A program made the translations under genes and the position numbers. 64,000 bases of DNA, taken from positions 168,516,001 through 168,580,000 of the forward strand of contig OX597814.1 of NCBI GenBank assembly GCA_951406725.2. The letters run 5' to 3'. The notes under the pieces were generated by a model. It saw only the letters and a program-made list of their open reading frames with translations. It was not told the DNA's origin and did not search any database. Below, one piece after another: positions 40,253-52,207 of this stretch. Source of the stretch: Octopus vulgaris (Eukaryota). How positions within the stretch are numbered: the first letter of the stretch is position 1; the number at the start of each line of letters is the position of its first letter.

Positions 40253-40775
40253 CATAAGACTTGTATTAAATATCAGACTGGAATATTTTACACCTGGCAT
40301 GGAAGTGCTGGAAAAGACAGCTTGTTTTAGTATGGAAGTTCATCTTGTTAAATGCCACATGTGAAAGGTCAGACAAATCATCATCTGCATGATTTTAAGT
40401 TTCTGAAGTCATAAATTTATGGAGAATTAGTTCTTGGTGAGTGTTTCTTGTACAAATTAAAAGAGATATTTTATGAAGTTAAGAAAAAAAAGAACCTAAG
40501 CTGGCATTTTTACAGACATGTGAAAAAAGAGATCCCTTATTTCAAAAACAGTTAGGTGTTAATAACAGGAATGGCATCCTGGTGTGAAACCAATGTTTCG
40601 GTAATGTATTTGTCTAGCCCATTCTAGCATGGGAAAACGAAGATATAGATGCATGTATATATATATATATGCATATATTTACACACAAACAGACAGTGCC
40701 AAACACACCCATTCATACGCCTGTCACTATAGCTGCTGACCTCTCAGAGTGACATTAACACATGCACACACACGT

Positions 40776-40810
<35 letters not shown>

Positions 40811-40971
40811 CGCACACACACATACGCACACACACACACACAGACTACTCACACAAACACAGACACACAGTTAATACCACACAGACACACAGTTAATACC
40901 ACACTACACACACACAGAGTTACCATCACACACACACACATGCTACCATACATACACATGCTATCACACGC

Positions 40972-42170
40972 ATCGGCCATACTCAAATGGTGCTTTTTAG
41001 ATGCCACCTGCACAGGAGCCAGTCCGGCGACACTGCAATGATCATGCTCAAATGGTAGTTTTTATGTGCCACCAGCACAGGAGCCAGTCAGTGGCCCTGG
41101 CAATGATCATGCTCGAATGGTGCTTTTAACATTCCACTGGCATGGTTGCCAATCAGGTGGTACTGTCATCAGCCACAGCAATGATTTCACTTGCCTCAGC
41201 AGGTCTTTGCAAGTGTAGTTTATTGTCCAATGATTGAAGGGTACTCTTAAATGGGCTGGTTATACAGCACTGGCATATACCATGGTTATGGTCTCACTTG
41301 GTTTGCTGGGTCTTCTCAAGCACAGCATATCTGCAAATGTCTCGGTCACTTTTCATTGCCTTGGTGCGGACCAATGTTCAAAGGTCGTGCTTCACCACCC
41401 CATCCCAGGTCTTCTTGGGTCTACCTCTTCTGCAGGTTCCCTCAACTGCTAGGGTGTGACGCTTTTCACACAGCTGTCTTCATCCATTCACAACACATGA
41501 CTGTACCAGCGCAGTCGTTTCTCTTGCACACCACATCAGATGCTTCTTAGGTCCAACTTTTCTCTCAGGGCGCTTACACTCTGTCATGTATGCACACTGA
41601 CATTAAACATCCAGTGGAGCATACTGGCTTCATTCCTTGCAAGCTTACGCATGTCCTCAGCAGTCACGGCCCATATTTCACTGCCATGTAGCGTGGTTAT
41701 TTGTACACATGCATCATACAGTTTACCTTTTACTCTGAGTGAGAGGCCCTTTGTCATCAGCAGCAGTAGGAGTTCTCTGAACTTTGCCCAGGCTATTCTT
41801 ATTCTAGCAGCTACACTTTCAGAGCATCCACCCCTGCTACTGACTTGCTTGCCTATCAACTACTTGTAGTTTTGCCCCCTGGAATGTGACGGAAGCTGTC
41901 CTCTGAACATTTTCAGTGTTTATTGCTCCTGAGCATTTGCCGCATACAAAAACTATCTTCCCAGTTAGCCTTCCTTTGATATCGTTGCACCTCTTATGTG
42001 TCCATAGCTTACACCAGGTACATCTTATGGAGTTTCTACCTACGCCTTTTCTACAGATTAAGCAGCGTCATCTACCTGAAGGGATTTGTGGTTTGTCTGC
42101 CTTCCTACTTATTAAGACTTTGGCTTTTGCTAGGTTGACTCACAGGCCTTTCGATTCTAATCCTTGCTTT
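40972..42170 (-). mobile_element. 5'-truncated RTE LINE: end of RT, PHD-like finger, C-terminus and 3' UTR
   Basis: [16 protein letters not shown]; CLIC...[12 protein letters not shown]...CGKC; ARIRIAWAKFREL...KGKLYDACV...HGSEIWAV. Confidence 0.9.
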
Positions 42171-42202
42171 CCTCTTCAACACCCGATATATATATATATG
42201 TG

Positions 42203-42244
<42 letters not shown>

Positions 42245-42246
42245 TT

Positions 42247-42336
<90 letters not shown>

Positions 42337-42454
42337 AATGTGTGTGTGTATATATATATACACACACACATATATATATATCGGGTGTTGAAGAGGAAAG
42401 CAAGGATTAGAATCGAAAGGCCTGTGAGTCAACCTAGCAAAAGCCAAAGTCTTA

Positions 42455-42457
<3 letters not shown>
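42110..42457. repeat. Fold-back inverted duplication centred on (TA)n
   Basis: ~78-bp non-microsatellite arms identical by eye; inner microsatellites are mirrored too. Confidence 0.9.
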
Positions 42458-42503
<46 letters not shown>

Positions 42504-43236
42504 TCTTAAGCAATCCTTGAATTGCCTAAAAGGTTTTTCTTTCCAATTCTTCAACTGTGATTATTCTGGTTTTTCTTTTCTTTTTCTTTTTCTTTTTTTT
42601 TTTTTAGATATGGATTTAGAGATTTCCTCACATTAGTTAAGAACAAATGTTTTCCAACCGTGTTCATTCTCTGAAATTATGAAATCCAAATTTCAACACA
42701 ATGAATGACAATATTAAATAAAATTGATAAGAGAAGAATATGAATCAAAATCAAATGTAACAAATGATGTATGATAAAACAATTTCATTTATATTACTGC
42801 AATGAAACACATTTGAAAGATTTGAATAAGAAACTTTGATTCCACAAAACGAGATGGTTCATCACAGTTGGAGCTCATTCATTCTTACAGCTGTTTGATA
42901 AATTGGTAAATAAATTCTGATTCTTTGTTGACTTCACTGTTGAAACCGCTAACATTTTTTTTTTGTGTGTGCAAGCACGAAGAACAAAATGAAACAGATT
43001 GATTTGTTTTGGTTTTGTGGAATTTCTATTTCAGACAGTAAAGTAAAGAATGCAACAAATGAAAGCACAAATATAGACAACTTTGTATTATTTGCTGTAC
43101 TCATCTGACACAGTTGCATGCCAATACATAGCTAAGGCAACTGAACTTCCTATTGTCACATAGTCCAAGCAGCCCTAATGGATATCCTATATCATATGTA
43201 TATATGATTTTTCAGGACTGTTATTTGCATATTTAA

Positions 43237-43267
<31 letters not shown>

Positions 43268-43501
43268 TGTATGTATCTCTATCTGTCTGTCTGTCTATAT
43301 ATATTCATACTGGAGTAAACACATAAATGTGAAACAAGGTGGAAAAAAGAGTACTCAAATACCAGTGGTAGAGTAATATGCTTTATTTATCGCTCGAAAA
43401 TTGACCGTTATTTGTAAAGGACCAATCAAACAAGTCCATTTTTAAAGGTGTAGCGTTTATACTAGTCTTGATAGAATTGACATATCGGTTCTATTCTAGC
43501 A

Positions 43502-43549
43502 AAAACTCTCCGACGAACGGGAACGTGAAACTCAGAGTAACAGGTTTTG
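43502..43549 (+). ncRNA. Variant hammerhead-like motif in Penelope-type repeat (about 43305-43577)
   Basis: CCGACGA-ACG-GGAA-CGT-GAAAC-TCAGA-GTA; core U4 replaced by C. Confidence 0.4.
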
Positions 43550-43665
43550 TTGAATTTTCTGCTGCTTTTAAATAAGGTATATATATTCATATACACATAT
43601 ACATACATACATGTACACACACTTTCATACATATATATATAGACATACATACATAATATGTATGT

Positions 43666-43988
43666 ATGGTGGCACGTAAAAAGCATCATCCGAATCGTGG
43701 CTGAAGTCAGTGCTGCCGCGACCGGCTTCCGTGCCGGTGGCACGTAAATGCACCAATCCGACTGTGGTCATTGCCAGCCTCGCCTGGCACCTGTGCAGGT
43801 GGCACGTAAAAAGCACCCACTACACTCACGGAGTGGTTGGCGTTAGGAAGGGTATTCAGCTGTAGAAACATTGCCAGATAAGACTGGAGCCTGGTGCAGC
43901 CTTCTGGCTTCCCAGATCCCCGGTCGAACCATCCAACCCATGCTAGCATGGAGAACGGACGTTAAACGATGATGATGATGATGATGAT
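43666..43988 (+). mobile_element. RTE 3' UTR, CpG-rich (young)
   Basis: Three motif units, tail and (GAT)n. Confidence 0.85.
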
Positions 43989-45010
43989 GTATGTTTATGC
44001 AAGTGTGTGTATGCATGTGTAAATGAGTGGAGGTAGAGGTTAATGTAGGTTAATGCATGATAAATAAGGCTGGGATTGCATGTGATGGGAACCGGTATGT
44101 AGAGGGGTAAAGTGAGGGATGTGTGAGTAGCTCAGGAAAGAAGATAGAACAGAATGTAGCAGAATGATGTACTAGGTGTAGGAGATGTGAAGAATTTAGA
44201 TACAGGGATATATAAAGGGATACAGTAGGTGGGTCATGATGGCAGATATGGGAGGGCACTGAGAATGATAACAGATAAGAGAAGTGTTTGGAATGGAGTA
44301 TAACAGAGGAGAGAAAGAGCAGCGAATGAAGGCATGGAAAAGAAGTGATTGGCTGAAGTAGTGTAAGCAGGGATGATGAGGAATGGAAGTAGTTCCAGGA
44401 GGAAAGGGGACCGTCTGGGAGAGAATAGGATGTAATATGTGCAATACTGCTCTTAGGTGATTACAGTAGCTATATATTGTGCCATAGATGGGAGGGGGTA
44501 AGAGTGGAAGAGGAATGTTTGATGTGTTGAGAGGGGGGATAGAGGAAAGGGACAGGACTTTTCATGTGAAAGCATAACTGAGTACTTTTAAGAAATCATT
44601 TTTGCTGTAAGGGGTGGTTTTCTTGAGCACAGCAAAATGCCAATCATAATGGTTCTTCGTCATCTCCTCTGTAAGACTCAAAAACTTGAGATCATCCCAT
44701 ATCTTCGTAGGTTTCCTTCCGCCATGGGTCCCTTCCAGTTTAAAGCAATCTGCACTACTTTATGTAGCTGTCCTCAACCATATACATCACATGAACAAAC
44801 AAGCGCAGACTTCTCTCTTGCATGCTATATATATATATATGTGTGTGCGTGTGTATACACACACACACTTTCATAGATATACACATGCATACAATATACA
44901 TACATGCATACATATATTGGGGGAGAGTTCACGAAAAAAACAAAAGATGAAGACAGGTGGTGTACAAAACAAACAGATGTATTAGTATAACGCTCAGGAA
45001 TTGAAAAAGT

Positions 45011-45046
45011 CTTTTACGTTTCGAGCCTATGCTCTTCTACAGAAAG
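45011..45046 (-). ncRNA. Minimal hammerhead-like motif in Penelope-type repeat (about 44918-45095)
   Basis: CTTT-CTGTAGA-A-GAGC-ATAG-GCTC-GAAAC-GTA-AAAG; one core substitution. Confidence 0.5.
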
Positions 45047-45097
45047 TGACACAGAAAAAACAAGGAGAGAAACAAGGAGGGAAAAAAAATGTGTGTA

Positions 45098-45268
45098 AGG
45101 GTGTCCCAAAAGACAAATAAATGCATGAAATTTTGATAAAATCTGAAAAGAAAGGGAAAAGGCTAAATAACTAATTTCCACGATGTCCTTTATATTGTAT
45201 CAAAGTTTCATGCATTTATTTGTATAAAGTTAAAAATTGAAACCCATCAGTGACTTTTGAGACAGCCT
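45098..45268. mobile_element. Tc1/mariner-type MITE remnant
   Basis: AGGGTGTCCCAAAAG / CTTTTGAGACAGCCT ends plus a 26-bp internal inverted repeat. Confidence 0.6.
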
Positions 45269-45282
45269 ATATAAACATACAT

Positions 45283-45598
45283 ATTAGAGTGTTGGGCTCA
45301 CAAACATGAGTTACTGAGTTTGAATCTAGGATCAGGATGTGTGCTGTTCTTGAGCATGACACTTTATTTCATGTTGCTCCAGTTCACTCAGCTGTGGAAA
45401 TAAGCTGTGACTTCACTAGTGTCAAGCTGTATCGGCCTCTGTTTTTCCCTTGGATAACATCAGCGGCATGGAGAAGGGAGGCTGGAATGCATGGGCAACT
45501 GCTGGTCTTCCATAAACAACCTTGCACGGACTTGTGCCTTGGAGGGTAACTTTCAAGGTGCAATTTCATGGTCATTCATGAATGAAGGGGGTCTTTAC
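45283..45598 (+). mobile_element. SINE group D head with a different 3' tail
   Basis: GTTCTTGAGCATGACACTTTATTTCATGTTGCTCCAGTTCACTCAGCTG, shared with 36839-37148. Confidence 0.65.
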
Positions 45599-45645
45599 AT
45601 ATATATATATATATGGAATAATTACTATGAAGCATTGTGTAGAAT

Positions 45646-45893
45646 ATATTGTACAAAAGATCGTGGGTAAGGCCAAAACAATGCAAGGTAAATCACAAGA
45701 AAACAAATATGTGAATTAATGTAGACTTACCTTGTATTCAATATTTCGGGGTTATGACTCCATTTTCAAGAAACTGATGAATGTTGCTGATGTGCATTCA
45801 CACACATGCACATTAATTCACATATTTGTTTTCTTGTGATTTACCTTGCATTTACCTCGCATTGTTTTGACTTTACCCACGATCTTTTATACA

Positions 45894-45898
<5 letters not shown>
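45646..45898. repeat. Inverted repeat, ~77-bp arms, ~87-bp spacer
   Basis: 45646-45722 is the reverse complement of 45810-45898 (12-bp duplication in the right arm). Confidence 0.85.
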
Positions 45899-45959
<61 letters not shown>

Positions 45960-45963
45960 TTAA

Positions 45964-46185
45964 CCCTTTCGATACCAACCTGGCTGAAACTGCCCCTGGC
46001 TCTGTAGCACAAATGTCTTGTTTTCATAAGTTTTGATTTAAAATCTTCCACCAAACTTTTGTCACAATTTATGTTCCTAACACCAGCTTAATGATAACTA
46101 AGTTATTTTACTAAATTCTTTTTTATATTTAAAATTAATTGAAAGAAACACAGAGCATCTCAAAATAAATACGGTAACAAAAGGG
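45964..46185. mobile_element. piggyBac-type MITE
   Basis: TTAA-CCCTTTCGATACC...GGTAACAAAAGGG-TTGA. Confidence 0.7.
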
Positions 46186-46369
46186 TTGAAACTATCTCAG
46201 CCTCATCACCAGGATATGAAGTGTTGTTGTCTTTTGTACAGCTTCTTTTATTGTGAGCAATTTTTGTTAATGCGGGTTTTTGTTCCAGATTTTGGCAGTA
46301 CCATGTCATATAGCACATATTTTGGTTGCTGAAGTCATACATCATCAGTTTCATGCTTTCAAATTCAGG

Positions 46370-46640
46370 TGAGGGATCTTGCCAAAGGCTTTCTCCATAT
46401 TGACAAATACCAAGTGCAGTGGTTTACTTTTGACTAAATACTCCTCTTGCAGTTGACTTACAAGAAAGAAAATATCAGTGGTATATCCCAGGCACAAAAT
46501 CAAACCACAATTTATCTAGCTTAATTCTCTTCCTAATTAATTGATCTATAACTCTTTCTTGTACCTATCATGACCTTGTCTATCAATTTGATAACTCTGT
46601 AATTACTTCTTAAGGTAGTTCCTTTATCCTTGTACAGTTA
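46370..46640 (-). mobile_element. Decayed RTE RT fragment
   Basis: Reads TTDIFFLVSQLQEEYLVKSKPLHLVFVNMEKAF. Confidence 0.75.
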
Positions 46641-47155
46641 TTGACTATAATACTGCTACATCAGTTATTGGGTTGTACGTATATAAATATATACATTTAC
46701 ATATACCTATCTATACATATTCGATCTAAAGGGTTCTTTAACTCAATATTTACTTACTATTATTCATTGCTTTATCTTCTCCAAGTTCTTCAGATGATAA
46801 AGAAAAAAAATATATGCACATACACACACATATGTAAACACACAGATTTATAGGACTTGGTTGTTTGCTTTGCAACCATATGGCTTTAGCTTCAGTTGCC
46901 ACCATGTGATACATACATATGTATACTCTAGGTGTATGAGTCATTCTGTAACTTCTGCTGTTTCTTAATAATATATATATACATATATACTCACACATAT
47001 ATACATCTGTGTGAGTGTATATATATATACATACATACATACAAATACACACACACACACATATATACATCTGTGTGTGCGTATATATATATATATATAA
47101 AAATATAAATATATGAAAGAATGGAGCTGAAGGACGAATTAACAAAATTCCTTTA

Positions 47156-47238
47156 TTTTCGACATATGTTTCAAAGGCTGCATATTCCTAATTACGAAGG
47201 AATAAGGAGTACATTATGCCACTTTCTCATCAGAAAAA
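47156..47238 (-). ncRNA. Mirror hammerhead copy
   Basis: Same core; two C>T changes give G-U closing pairs in stems I and II. Confidence 0.7.
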
Positions 47239-47391
47239 GCAAGGAACTTACGTCAACATCAAAATGCACAAAAAACTTTCAGATGATTGCTCACATGGAG
47301 CCCATAGCGGTAATCATTACCGCTATGGGCTCCATGTGAGCAATCATCTGAAAGTTTTTTGTGCATTTTGATGTTGACGTAAGTTCCTTGC

Positions 47392-47474
47392 TTTTCCTGA
47401 TGAGAAAGTGGCATAATGTACTCCTTATTCCTTCGTAATTAGGAATATGCAGCCTTCGAAACATATGTCGAAAA
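47392..47474 (+). ncRNA. Type I hammerhead ribozyme, intact core; predicted cleavage after C47469
   Basis: Stem I TTTTC/GAAAA, CTGATGA at 47397-47403, stem II closed by G-C, GAAAC-ATAT-GTC. Confidence 0.75.
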
Positions 47475-47645
47475 TAAAGGAATTTTGTTAATTCGTCCTT
47501 CAGCTCCATTCTTTCATATATTTATATTTTTAAACATACAAATTTCCACACGAAAGCACGTAAACGTGTTTTTTCTGATGTGAATTTGCTACCCAGGTAT
47601 CGGTTAATTCGAATTATCCTTAATAAGATAATTCATTCAACTACT

Positions 47646-47691
<46 letters not shown>

Positions 47692-47805
47692 TATATATAT
47701 ATAGAAATATATACATACATACATACATACATACATACATACATACATACACGCACACACATGCACACTCACACATGCACACACACACATGCACACACAC
47801 ACACA

Positions 47806-48075
47806 TATATTATCCAAAATGTACAGTATTATATATCCATCATGGCTGATCTTTCCAATCGGTTTCACACTAGGAATACAATGAAGTGTTAGGTAACAAT
47901 CCAATTATGTTGCCTTACACTCATCAGAGTTAGTTGATATGAAAAAGAATTCCATATCAGCTAACTCTGATGAGTGTAAAGTTATATAATTTGATTGTTA
48001 CCTAACACTTCATTGTATTCCTAGTGTGAAACCGATTGGAAAGATCAGCCATGATGTACATTTCAGATAATATAC
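47806..48075. repeat. Imperfect palindrome with 11-nt loop and degenerate hammerhead-like boxes
   Basis: 47838-47941 is the reverse complement of 47953-48056; CTGATGA...GAAACCGATTGG. Confidence 0.85.
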
Positions 48076-48139
48076 CCACTCTATTGACAGATATATGAGT
48101 ATCTTTTCTCTGACTTATGGACTATTAGATTATTCATGC

Positions 48140-48171
<32 letters not shown>

Positions 48172-48173
<2 letters not shown>

Positions 48174-48458
48174 TTTTATTCTTTTACTTGTTTCAGTAAT
48201 TTGACTGAGGCCATGCTGAAGCACTGCCTTAAAAGGTTTTTTAGTCAAAGAAATCAACTCCAGGACTTTTCTTTGTAAGCCTAGTACTTATTCTACCAGT
48301 CTCTTTTGCCTAAACACTATGTTATGGGAAGATATAAACACATCAACATCGGTTGTCAAGCAATGGTAGGGGGACAAACGATGTCACAAAGACACATAGA
48401 TATATGCATGTATATGTATATATATATATATATCTGATGGGCTTCTTTCAGTTTCTGT
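48172..48458 (-). mobile_element. SINE group A 3' half
   Basis: Family sequence. Confidence 0.8.
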
Positions 48459-48467
48459 TTATACATA

Positions 48468-48682
<215 letters not shown>

Positions 48683-48954
48683 TATATATAATGCATGTAT
48701 GCATTTGAGTTATAACTATCATATCTAGTCATCTGGTACATTAAACCTCTGAAAAGTAGCCTCCTAGTCAACTCCGGTAAATATCTTAACTGCTGGGTTG
48801 CACCTTATAATGCAATGAAGAGTAATAAATAACAGATATTAAAAGAAAATGAATTATTGAACTTTTTTTGCTCAAGCAACTGTAGTTCAACTGGTTTCTT
48901 TCTATCAAAATGATCTCGATTATATAGTGTAAGAGTTCCTATTTTTCTCTGCAA

Positions 48955-49230
48955 TAATGATGATGATGATGATGTTGAAGAGCATAATAATAATGATAAT
49001 AATAATAATGATGATGATGAGGATGATGATGATGATGATGATGGTAGTGGTGGTTATGGCGTGCTCTGCTTCTCACTCCATAATCATAATAATGATGATG
49101 ATGATGAAGATAGTAGTAGTCGTAGTAGTAGTAACAACAACATTAGCCACCACAGCAACAGTAATATTAGTAGTAATAGCAGCAGCATCAGCAGTAGTAT
49201 CAGCAGCAGCAGGAACAACAGTGGTAGTAA

Positions 49231-49262
<32 letters not shown>

Positions 49263-49336
49263 ACAGCAACAACAGTAGCAGCAATAGTAGTAGTAGTAAC
49301 AGTACCAGCGGTAGTAGTAGTAGTAGCAGCAGCAGC

Positions 49337-49415
<79 letters not shown>

Positions 49416-49425
49416 ACAGCAGCAA

Positions 49426-49457
<32 letters not shown>

Positions 49458-49488
49458 GTAATAGTAGTTGTAGTAGTAGTAATGCAAT
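48955..49488. repeat. Compound (ATG)n/(AGT)n/(AGC)n microsatellite
   Basis: Direct reading. Confidence 0.95.
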
Positions 49489-50038
49489 AGGAATTCAGCC
49501 AAAAAGAGAAAATCAGCCCATGTAGCTATTTTTTTCTTTTTTACCTTTTTTTTTTGTGTGACTTACTACTGTCAATGGATTATTTTTAACCTTAGAAAAC
49601 TATCATTAACTGTTCTGCTGTTAAAATAGGATATCGGAAGCATGTGTTATTATTGAAAGAATCCAGAAAAAAATAAAAGTATAAAATCCAAAAATAAAAA
49701 ACACATACGCTTGCTGAAGGCCCATTAATAAACCCTCTAATTAGCAATGGAATAGTGTGTTCAACGCGAAATAAGAATCTGTCAGAATAGTAGCAGTGTG
49801 GAAAATATAAATGCAAATTAATGGGCTGTTGTGAAAGTTGTGCCAGCAAATATCATTCAAAGATAATGGTGGTGGCGGTGGTGGCGATTGGGGGTGGGTG
49901 GAGGGTAGAGGGAGTGTACATGGAACTGGTCTTTGTCTTTTATTTAAAAGCTGTATTCTCAGAATTTCCATCCAATATCACATATATCAATACATGCATA
50001 CATACACACATACAGGCATTCATCCATCCATCCATACA

Positions 50039-50136
<98 letters not shown>

Positions 50137-50147
50137 CATATATATAC

Positions 50148-50179
<32 letters not shown>

Positions 50180-50329
50180 GTATGTATACACACACACACA
50201 CACATACATATGGCAGCACAAATATGATGGCTGTAAGCTACTTATGTGGTAAGCTACTTATGTGGTACTTATGTGGAAGAGCAAAATTTGGATTATTAAG
50301 GTGCATACTGACAAAACGTTTATTGAGTA

Positions 50330-50727
50330 CTAGCAGTATCGCCCGGCGTTGCTCGGGTTTGTAAGGGAAATAACTATAAAAGCATTTTTAGAGATGTAAA
50401 GTATAATAGCCATCTCAGTATGGCTAACCACAAAGGAGGGGGGTGTTACTGTAGCTTTTTACGTTCTGAGATTTAATAATAAATTTTTAGAGAGTTACTT
50501 CCCTTATATATGCCAAAAATGCATTAACAATGGGAAAAATTGATGGTAAATTTTTTTTTAAATCGTAGACTCATCGTAGACGCGCGCTAATACCCAGAAG
50601 GGCTCGATATGAATCATGGCTATAAGATACCCGGTTTTGGTTAAACTACACCGCAAAATGTGGGAGTAGTTAGGAATCTAAATCGTAGGAGACAGACAGC
50701 ACACAACCTCACTTTTATATATAAAGA
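50330..50727 (-). mobile_element. Non-autonomous Helitron, same family as 6626-7022
   Basis: TC...hairpin...CTAG termini, A|T insertion site, no TSD. Confidence 0.9.
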
Positions 50728-50853
50728 TGATTCTACTTTCGTATCTTGGTACATTGCATTAAATATGGATGCAAACACAACCTTCTCTGATTAAAATTAA
50801 ACTGTTGTGGTTGACACTGCAGCTGCTGTTGCAGTTATTATTATTGTTGTTGC

Positions 50854-50905
<52 letters not shown>

Positions 50906-50939
50906 ATATTATTATCATTATTATTATCATTATTATTAT

Positions 50940-51198
50940 TGCTTTTGCACAGCTTCTAATGCTGGAGATGTACTACGGTGTTAGCTGTTCACCACCAGTG
51001 AACTAAGGTAACACCTCTTACTTTTCGAGCACCTTCCGGACTAATCAAGCGGTCCCAAGCAGTGCTGTTTTCTTTAAGTGCTCTACCCTTATTGCAGCCC
51101 CTATTTGTTCCATATTCTTCTCAAGATTTTTACTCACTGATCCCAGTGCTCCAACATTTATTGGTACTACTATCACCTTTTTCATCGACCACAACTGC
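50940..51198 (-). mobile_element. R4/Dong-like non-LTR retrotransposon 3' fragment in (TAA)n
   Basis: QLWSMKKVIVVPINVGALGSV...KTALLGTA; (AAT)n on both sides. Confidence 0.75.
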
Positions 51199-51217
51199 TT
51201 ATTATTATTATTATTAC

Positions 51218-51900
51218 TAAGGTAGTGAGATGGCAGAATTGTTAAAGGTGGTAAGCTGGCAGAAACATTAGCACGCTGAGCAAAATGCTTAGCGATATTT
51301 CGTCTGCCATTACGTTCTGAGTTCAAATTCCGCCGAGGTCGACTTTGCCTTTCATCCTTTCGGGGTCAATAAATTAAGTACCAGTTAAGCCCTGGGGTCG
51401 ATGTAATTGACTTAGTCCCTTTGTCTGTCCTTATTTGTTCCCTCTATGTTTAGCCTCTTGTTGGCAATAAAGAAATAAGAATTGTTAACAGGCCAGGCAA
51501 AATTTTTAGTGGCATTTCTTCTGTTTTTACATTCTGGGTTCAAATTCCACCAAGGTTGACTTTGTATTTCATCCTTTTGGGGTTCATAAGTACCAGTGAA
51601 ATAATGGGGTTGATGTAACTCTCCCCAAAAATTCCAGGCCTTGTACTTATAGTAGAAAGGATTATCATTATTATTATTAAGGCAGTGAGCTGGCAGAATC
51701 GTTAGAAGGCTGGGCAAAATGATTAGCATAATTTCATCTGTCTTTGTGTCCTAAGTTCGAATTACACTTTGTTGACTTTGCCTTTTATCTTTTCAGAGTT
51801 GTTAAATTATGTACCAGTTATGCACTGAGGTCGATGGGATTAATTTACCCCTCCCCACAAATTTCAGGACTTGTGCCTATAGTAGAAAGGATTATTATTA
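51218..51900 (+). mobile_element. Nested and tandem SINE group B copies with (ATT)n tails
   Basis: Inner copy about 51246-51478 with TSD AGAATTGTTAA; next copy starts at about 51679. Confidence 0.85.
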
Positions 51901-51904
51901 TTAA

Positions 51905-52078
51905 TATTCGGTAGTCTTATTTTTATCATGTGCTTTCACTGCACTACCAAGTGCTGCTCTTTGTGCCTTGGGTACTCTTATTTTCACTGTATTGAAAGTG
52001 TTTTATGTAGGATGTGTGCAGTGCCTTATCGTCGTCGTCGTCGTCGTCGTCCTTCTTCTTCTTCTTCTTCTTCTTCTT

Positions 52079-52109
<31 letters not shown>

Positions 52110-52190
52110 TTATTATTATTATTATTTAGTAGTCTTATTTTTATCATGTGCTTTCACTACACAACCGAGCACATCTCTGTGTGCCTTATT
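51905..52190 (-). mobile_element. Two short R4/Dong-like 3' ends separated by (TCG)n/(TTC)n/(TTA)n
   Basis: Reads GTAHILHKTLSIQ*; GTAGTCTTATTTTTATCATGTGCTTTCACT is duplicated. Confidence 0.6.
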
Positions 52191-52207
52191 ATTATTATTA
52201 TTATTAT

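Larger units (their letters stand above)
47098..47532. repeat. 435-bp near-perfect palindrome (217-bp arms, 1-nt centre at 47315)
   Basis: Mirror ORFs 47121-47339 (+) and 47291-47509 (-); 2 arm mismatches seen. Confidence 0.95.

Noticed and set aside
42385-42435. Hammerhead-like TTGAAGA...GAAA...GTC in the palindrome arm
   Set aside because: The sequence is RTE coding DNA (GLESKGL.VNLAK) and the stems do not form.
47121-47509. Twin 72-aa ORFs as a gene pair
   Set aside because: A consequence of the palindrome; no recognisable protein features.
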